Below are positions 59,801 through 64,000 of a stretch of DNA of 64,000 nt, in pieces (the stretch's first letter is position 1; every line of letters starts with the position of its first letter). The position numbers were made by a program, and so were the translations under genes. The DNA lies in assembly GCA_964649615.1 (NCBI GenBank), contig CAZYPW010000002.1, forward strand, positions 66,969-130,968. Reading direction: 5' to 3'. Source of the DNA: an uncultured Gammaproteobacteria bacterium. GTDB taxonomy: Bacteria > Patescibacteriota > Microgenomatia > Daviesbacterales > UBA10151. Below the pieces are notes generated by a model, which saw nothing but the letters and a program-made list of their open reading frames with translations, was not told where the DNA came from and did no database searches.

Positions 59801-60325
59801 AAATTTAGGATCACGTTTCCGTATCCACCAAAGCCAAGTCAATACCAAAAAGGGCAAAAATGCCACAAAAACCATAGAGTTATGAATAAATCTATGCCAG
59901 ATTTGAATCATCATGTATGGGTTAAAGACATAAAATATTCCGGCTGCGTAAGCTAACAGGATTTTATCTTTCCCAAAGATATACAAAGCCAGAAGATACA
60001 TGCCATAACCAATCAGAAATAACAGAATAAAAAACAGAAAAGCCTGGATAAAAACAGGGCTTGCCCCTAAAGCTTGAGGGATAGATAAAAACAACATCAG
60101 GGGGACTGAAGTTAATCCCTGGGCTACAGGAATACCCGGAGCCAGAGAATCCCACCAGATATTTTTGGCAATATTCACTGCAACCTGGGGACTGTATGTT
60201 GGCAGACCCGTATCCCCACCTCCATACATATATCCAAACCTAAACCAGCAAAATATTAATCCTGCAGAAAGGAGTAAAAAGATAAGAGGTGGAAGTAATG
60301 CTACTTTCTTCATCAAAAGTCTCAA
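56888..60325 (-). CDS. Giant membrane protein, paralog B (1145 aa). It has a polytopic N-terminal domain, an ~750-aa extracytoplasmic domain and a C-terminal TM.
   Basis: An ORF with at least 12 N-terminal hydrophobic segments and the C-terminal module LANLYGNAWFVDKAGDYTFDLEFEPQKSV+TM. Residues ~88-263 are encoded by a tract 100% identical to the one in paralog A. Confidence 0.5.
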   Translation of the reverse strand: MRLLMKKVALLPPLIFLLLSAGLIFCWFRFGYMYGGGDTGLPTYSPQVAVNIAKNIWWDSLAPGIPVAQGLTSVPLMLFLSIPQALGASPVFIQAFLFFILLFLIGYGMYLLALYIFGKDKILLAYAAGIFYVFNPYMMIQIWHRFIHNSMVFVAFLPFLVLTWLWWIRKRDPKFLLLFLLANFLAVYVYGTIAFIVAVWTLLFSITLLEVLVPWKGKETTLKIFFAFLMGLLFWLLTNSWWLIPTFSISPALFATQHTIDDSLTNLVALSIQTVLPFTLRLINPFYLYWHADWGSIYQNIFLVAVSWLFAVIVFIGFLRGFKEKAYAFWSLLFLIVVFLAKGAAAPFNFPYIYGFSHFFPLGVIRNPFEKLGILLPLVFAILFALGLHFLFITSSKYIGRYKTYLLLVVFIGLHLAFFHPMFTGKLFGSLDRPAFVEVPKSYTEANEWIKQDIKVTAGMSEGRILHLPLPRSEDVKYNWPKGYNGVEPSAAIFTSLPSIARGLDLPMVSASLSALSLIFHAPYTGNPNKILELLQAFNIKFIILHKDIEWRGGNLYDPAETEGILNKLTFLDKRVEFGDLRIYRVKDEYYKHKIIITDNIGVVLPGKSSFIWPWLLGKENNFISPIGDLLDDSTLSNSNQTIILPRTFLLSDESTNSASLDPGNENSPISQLEKSRSILSQYGEIQAEEMVGKIISANQTMIEIINAFNNNQKEMNKDLIKAYGKKVAEIFRKDIHTSRIFIFINESTISSIFKQHLSILEQIKTFLSTKEIDDIATSLRESLVSNDLISRYSVSDLKSSSLLRQIFKFKIPERAHYQILMTNSQIQNKYSDNLTELNFQINHQQFLLAGKKEANFIAFGEVELNPGEYEISYFIPSGLNLVSLPNALNASGDVKQQDESIINLSTSGQKETFLDANLGNVSGGDIYQISFETKMLKGSGFYLQLEQDTDTLDLSGRKEFRINQFIPQNSSNDWQSFNFTLPPLNSMSQKATIRFALADISAMSIRNLKIERFLNNSLILMSENKNNINSRSDETLPDFSKQTSSSYKGNFKLIKPAFFLFNETYHPGWKLKLKSSDGTVVTPDKHILANLYGNAWFVDKAGDYTFDLEFEPQKSVYKGFIIAGISFIILLIVIFIKDFKSRKH
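59535..60062. repeat. A 528-bp tract 100% identical to 63473-64000, lying inside giant paralog B
   Basis: A base-by-base comparison shows a sharp boundary at 59534/59535 against 63472/63473, where identity drops from 100% to ~75%. Confidence 0.9.
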
Positions 60326-60673
60326 TTAAAATTTTTCAATATAACCTTTTTTGATAATTTTAGGAAGGTATAAAACAATTGTTATCACCAGTAAACTAAA
60401 TCCAAAATCACCGATAACTTTAGAAAAATTTGGCAGATTTAGAAGATTAAATATCATCATTAACACCAAACAAAAACCAGTCATAAAAAGAATAAAGCGT
60501 CTAAAATTCGGTTTAAAAACCATTATGGTTGTAAGTATGGAGAGTAATAAAGGTTGCGGTAATCTTTCCCAAGAGTCAAAATTAAATCCATATTCAAGAA
60601 TATAAAATATCCCCAGTAGAAAAATTGTAGTTAAAAACGGCTTTAATATTAAGTAGCTGCGGAGTGATTTCAT
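60326..60673 (-). CDS. Small 3-4 TM membrane protein (115 aa), possibly a GtrA-like lipid-linked sugar flippase
   Basis: Hydrophobic profile. Its stop directly abuts the start of the giant gene at 60323-60325. Confidence 0.4.
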   Translation of the reverse strand: MKSLRSYLILKPFLTTIFLLGIFYILEYGFNFDSWERLPQPLLLSILTTIMVFKPNFRRFILFMTGFCLVLMMIFNLLNLPNFSKVIGDFGFSLLVITIVLYLPKIIKKGYIEKF

Positions 60674-60678
60674 AAAAT

Positions 60679-63600
60679 TTAGGAAACTTTACGGAAATAT
60701 AATCTTATTACCAGTATTAAGGCTACTATAACCCATCCTGAAATAGCAAACAATATGGCTATTTTAATGAATTTTTGCGGACTGTAGTTTAGGGTGAAGT
60801 CATAATCCCCTGTTTTTTCTATCACCCAGGCATTCGCATATGAATTGGCAAGCAAATGTTCTCGGGGCCGATAAATTTCTTTCCCGTTATATAACGATAA
60901 CTCCCAACCCGGATCAAAGGATTCCTTAAAAAATATCCATGTTGGTCTGATAATTCTTACCTTACCCAGATATTGGCTAGAACTTAATTTTTGGGCTTCC
61001 AGCACCATGCCGGAAGGGGAAGCTGATTGAACCAACGCTAAATCGGCTCTCAAGAAAATATCATTATTTAATATCCTTACTACATTTATATTTCTAATAA
61101 GAAACCTGGAAGATTGATTATAAGTTTTACTTACTTTTTCATCTGCGCATTTCTTTTTATCGCCTAATACTGTCAGACAATCATCCCAAGGCTCCGCCTG
61201 AATTCTTAGCTTGGCCTTTTGGGTATTTGATCTTAAAACTACATTCCCTTCAAAACGGCGCCATTGGTTGCTGGCGGAACTGCCTGGAAAATAGTAGTTG
61301 TTGTAACCTAAACCTAACTCATCGGGATCGCTACTCAACTGATCCGTATCCTGACTGACTTGTACCCTGATCCCTATTCCTGATAGCAATTGAAAATCAA
61401 AGCTTATCAGATAACTGTCTCCTCCGTAGGCGGGATCAATATTACTCTCAATATATGAAGAGTCTTGCTTTCCGGAAATTATTTCCACAATACCTAAATC
61501 AGAAACACGAACATCACCAACCTTATTCATTAAAGATATGCTGGAAACAAGATTTATGGATGGTAATCCCAAAATGTTCATTGAGTGCTCACCGGATTCT
61601 ATCTGAACTTCCCCGAAAGACATTAATTTTTGCTCACCCTCTTGAGTCATCCTCATTCGCTGATCATCAACCTGAAAATCCAACTCCGACAAATTATTTG
61701 GATATATATTCTTCGTTTCGGGCCTATTCATTAAAACCTCATAGTTTAATCTTAGGGGGATACTAAAAAGATACAGCTGATTATACTGCTGGTTTGATAT
61801 ATCTTCATTTTTTAACTGATGCTCCGGGATTAATCCCTTCGCAACTAATAATTTGGTAATTAGTATAGTTAAATTATCTATTGTTTTTTTCTCATTTTGA
61901 TCCGATATTCCGCCTTTAATGTAATTTAACAGGCCCAAATGCCTTAAAAACACATCTAAGGTATCAGCTTGATAGCCGTTTATAACAACAGCATCAGGTA
62001 CGAATACCTCATCAAAAATCTCTATGAGAATTTTTCTATACCTTTCAATTTGTAAATCACCCAACTTCTTACCTTTCTCCTTACTGATAATCCCCGATTC
62101 CTCCATCCTGCGAATTTTATACATTTCCACCAGTCTTTTTTCAGCATAGATTATCTTTCTCTGCTGTATCTCAAACTGGCTTTTTGCAATCAAACTTAAA
62201 GATTCTTTGATCTCCAGCAGGAAATAAAACGGCGATGTTGGCAGTATCCGGATATGATTAAAATTCTCGAGATTCCCATGAAATTCAGGGACCTCAAAAT
62301 TCCTGGATAATTCGCCTCTTTCAGAGGATATAATAATTTTGTCAATCTTGTTTATTAGACTTTTGTCTTGTTCTTCGGATAAAGCACTCACCATCTCTGC
62401 CGACGGCGTACTGACTATCCAGGACCAGAAGAGATTCTTCCTTGCAGGTTTAAGCAATTCGACATTATCGGAAATTATTATCTTGGGGCTAAAATAATCC
62501 GTTTTCAATTTGTAGATGGTTAAGTTTTCAAATATTACTGCCTTTTCCAAAAATTCCCATTTGTTAAGAAAGTTTTCTGTTTCGTAGGGACTATATAACT
62601 CCCCGTTCAACCAGTTAATATCTTTATGCAAGATAATATATTTAATATTAAAATCCTTGAGCATCTTCAGTATAACCTCCTGATTTGAAGCATATGGAGT
62701 ATGGAATATTAAAGATAGTCCTGATAGAGCATCACTCACTCCCGGAACAGCTAAACCTCTGGCAATTGAGGGTAGGGAGGTAAATATAGCCGCAGATGGC
62801 TCTACCCCATTGTAGCCATACTGCCAGTTGTAGCTGACTGCTTCTGATTTAGGTAAAGGCAGATGAAGAATCCTCCCCTCCCAACTATTGGTAGTATTGC
62901 CAAGATCTCTCTTAATCCAATCATTGGCTTGGGTATAACTTTTAGGTACCTCAACAAAATTCTGCTTGTCCAAAGTACCAAACAACTTCCCGGCAAACAT
63001 AGGCCAAAAAAAGCTCATATAAAAACAGACAATAATTCCCAGTACACAGTATGCCCTAAACCTACCAATATATTTATCGAGCTGCATTAATACCCACCGC
63101 AATCCCAAGGCAAACAAGATGGCAAAAACCAAAGGCAGTAAAATACCCAACTTTTCAAAAGGATTCCTGATGACTCCCAATGGAAAAAAATTAGAGAAGC
63201 CAAATATATATGGAAAAGAAAAAGGGGGTGCTGCCCCTTTGCCTAAAAATATCACTATCAGAAAAAGTAAACTCCAAAAAGCATATGCTTTTTTTTTAAG
63301 GCCTTTGATAAAGCCGATAAATACAAAAAGTAGCGGTATCCAGGAGATTAGGTTAAATAATAAAGTGTGATAGATATTCCCAAAGTCAGCATGCCAGTAT
63401 AGGTAGAAGGGGTTAATTAAACGTAAGGTGTAGGGTAAGATTGTTTGGGCAGAAAGAGATATTAATGTAGACAAACTATCATCTATGGTATGTTGGGTAG
63501 CAAATAAAGCAGGACTGATGCTGAAGGTGGGAATCAGCCACCAGCTATTGGTTAAAAGCCAGAACAGTAGTCCCATTAAAAAAGCAAAGAATATTTTAAG

Positions 63601-64000
63601 GGTAGTCTCCTTACCTTTCCAGGGCACTAATACTTCCAATAAGGTTATTGAAAAAAGTAATGTCCAAACAGCTACAATAAAGGCTATCGTTCCATAAACA
63701 TAAACTGCTAAAAAATTGGCTAGAAGAAAAAGCAGTAAAAATTTAGGATCACGTTTCCGTATCCACCAAAGCCAAGTCAATACCAAAAAGGGCAAAAATG
63801 CCACAAAAACCATAGAGTTATGAATAAATCTATGCCAGATTTGAATCATCATGTATGGGTTAAAGACATAAAATATTCCGGCTGCGTAAGCTAACAGGAT
63901 TTTATCTTTCCCAAAGATATACAAAGCCAGAAGATACATGCCATAACCAATCAGAAATAACAGAATAAAAAACAGAAAAGCCTGGATAAAAACAGGGCTT
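60679..64000 (-). CDS. Giant membrane protein, paralog A (>=1107 aa). Its N-terminus lies beyond the window edge.
   Basis: The frame stays open to position 64000 and keeps matching paralog B (…LIGYGMYLLALYIFG…), so the real start is outside the window. The C-terminal module is LANSYANAWVIEKTGDYDFTLNYSPQKF+TM. Confidence 0.5.
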   Translation of the reverse strand, partial: SPVFIQAFLFFILLFLIGYGMYLLALYIFGKDKILLAYAAGIFYVFNPYMMIQIWHRFIHNSMVFVAFLPFLVLTWLWWIRKRDPKFLLLFLLANFLAVYVYGTIAFIVAVWTLLFSITLLEVLVPWKGKETTLKIFFAFLMGLLFWLLTNSWWLIPTFSISPALFATQHTIDDSLSTLISLSAQTILPYTLRLINPFYLYWHADFGNIYHTLLFNLISWIPLLFVFIGFIKGLKKKAYAFWSLLFLIVIFLGKGAAPPFSFPYIFGFSNFFPLGVIRNPFEKLGILLPLVFAILFALGLRWVLMQLDKYIGRFRAYCVLGIIVCFYMSFFWPMFAGKLFGTLDKQNFVEVPKSYTQANDWIKRDLGNTTNSWEGRILHLPLPKSEAVSYNWQYGYNGVEPSAAIFTSLPSIARGLAVPGVSDALSGLSLIFHTPYASNQEVILKMLKDFNIKYIILHKDINWLNGELYSPYETENFLNKWEFLEKAVIFENLTIYKLKTDYFSPKIIISDNVELLKPARKNLFWSWIVSTPSAEMVSALSEEQDKSLINKIDKIIISSERGELSRNFEVPEFHGNLENFNHIRILPTSPFYFLLEIKESLSLIAKSQFEIQQRKIIYAEKRLVEMYKIRRMEESGIISKEKGKKLGDLQIERYRKILIEIFDEVFVPDAVVINGYQADTLDVFLRHLGLLNYIKGGISDQNEKKTIDNLTILITKLLVAKGLIPEHQLKNEDISNQQYNQLYLFSIPLRLNYEVLMNRPETKNIYPNNLSELDFQVDDQRMRMTQEGEQKLMSFGEVQIESGEHSMNILGLPSINLVSSISLMNKVGDVRVSDLGIVEIISGKQDSSYIESNIDPAYGGDSYLISFDFQLLSGIGIRVQVSQDTDQLSSDPDELGLGYNNYYFPGSSASNQWRRFEGNVVLRSNTQKAKLRIQAEPWDDCLTVLGDKKKCADEKVSKTYNQSSRFLIRNINVVRILNNDIFLRADLALVQSASPSGMVLEAQKLSSSQYLGKVRIIRPTWIFFKESFDPGWELSLYNGKEIYRPREHLLANSYANAWVIEKTGDYDFTLNYSPQKFIKIAILFAISGWVIVALILVIRLYFRKVS
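63473..64000. repeat. Second copy of the identical tract, inside giant paralog A and truncated by the window end
   Basis: As above. Confidence 0.9.

Overview
This is a low-GC (~33%), gene-dense window with mostly unidirectional operons and many 1-4 nt start/stop overlaps. The proteins are small and the Mur ligases and MurB are truncated. I infer a reduced genome of the Candidate Phyla Radiation/Patescibacteria type. I cannot prove that from this window.

Layout of the window:
(a) 1-2541: the edge of a glycan module, with a partial Ig-like secreted protein, a PIG-V-like GT-C membrane glycosyltransferase and an O-antigen-ligase-like protein.
(b) 2631-8759: tRNA-Val, lepB, parB, rpmA/rplU with a structured spacer, a RodA-like SEDS protein and ileS.
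(c) 8793-25492, minus strand: a rearranged dcw (division/cell-wall) cluster. Its order is mraZ-rsmH-ftsL-ftsI-[wHTH-Cas2-like gene]-murE-murB(short)-murA-murF-mraY-ftsW-[HAD hydrolase]-[antisense IS200-like transposase]-murG-ftsQ-ftsA-ftsZ.
(d) 25606-30350: a membrane-anchored hypothetical protein, glyQS, recO and a DUF4012-like protein.
(e) 30355-64000: a ~34-kb glycan-biosynthesis island. It holds an initiating phosphoglycosyltransferase, about 7 GT4 enzymes, about 5 GT2 enzymes including DPM1/GtrB-like ones, at least 5 GT-C membrane glycosyltransferases, a Wzy-like polymerase, a Wzx flippase, a DegT aminotransferase, two LbH acetyltransferases and a methyltransferase. It ends in an operon of three giant paralogous membrane proteins (894, 1145 and >=1086 aa) interleaved with small TM proteins.

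The most notable observations:
- The two adjacent giant genes share a 528-bp tract of 100% identity (59535-60062 = 63473-64000, cut off by the window edge), while their flanks are only ~75-80% identical.
- A wHTH + Cas2-like orphan gene sits inside the dcw cluster, precisely bracketed by ~32-bp direct repeats whose core is the palindrome ACGGCCGTG.
- The 280-bp leader upstream of murE carries GTAAACG repeats and two plus-strand terminator-like hairpins.
- A 28-bp perfect palindrome lies inside a GT4 coding sequence.
- No CRISPR array or rRNA was seen.
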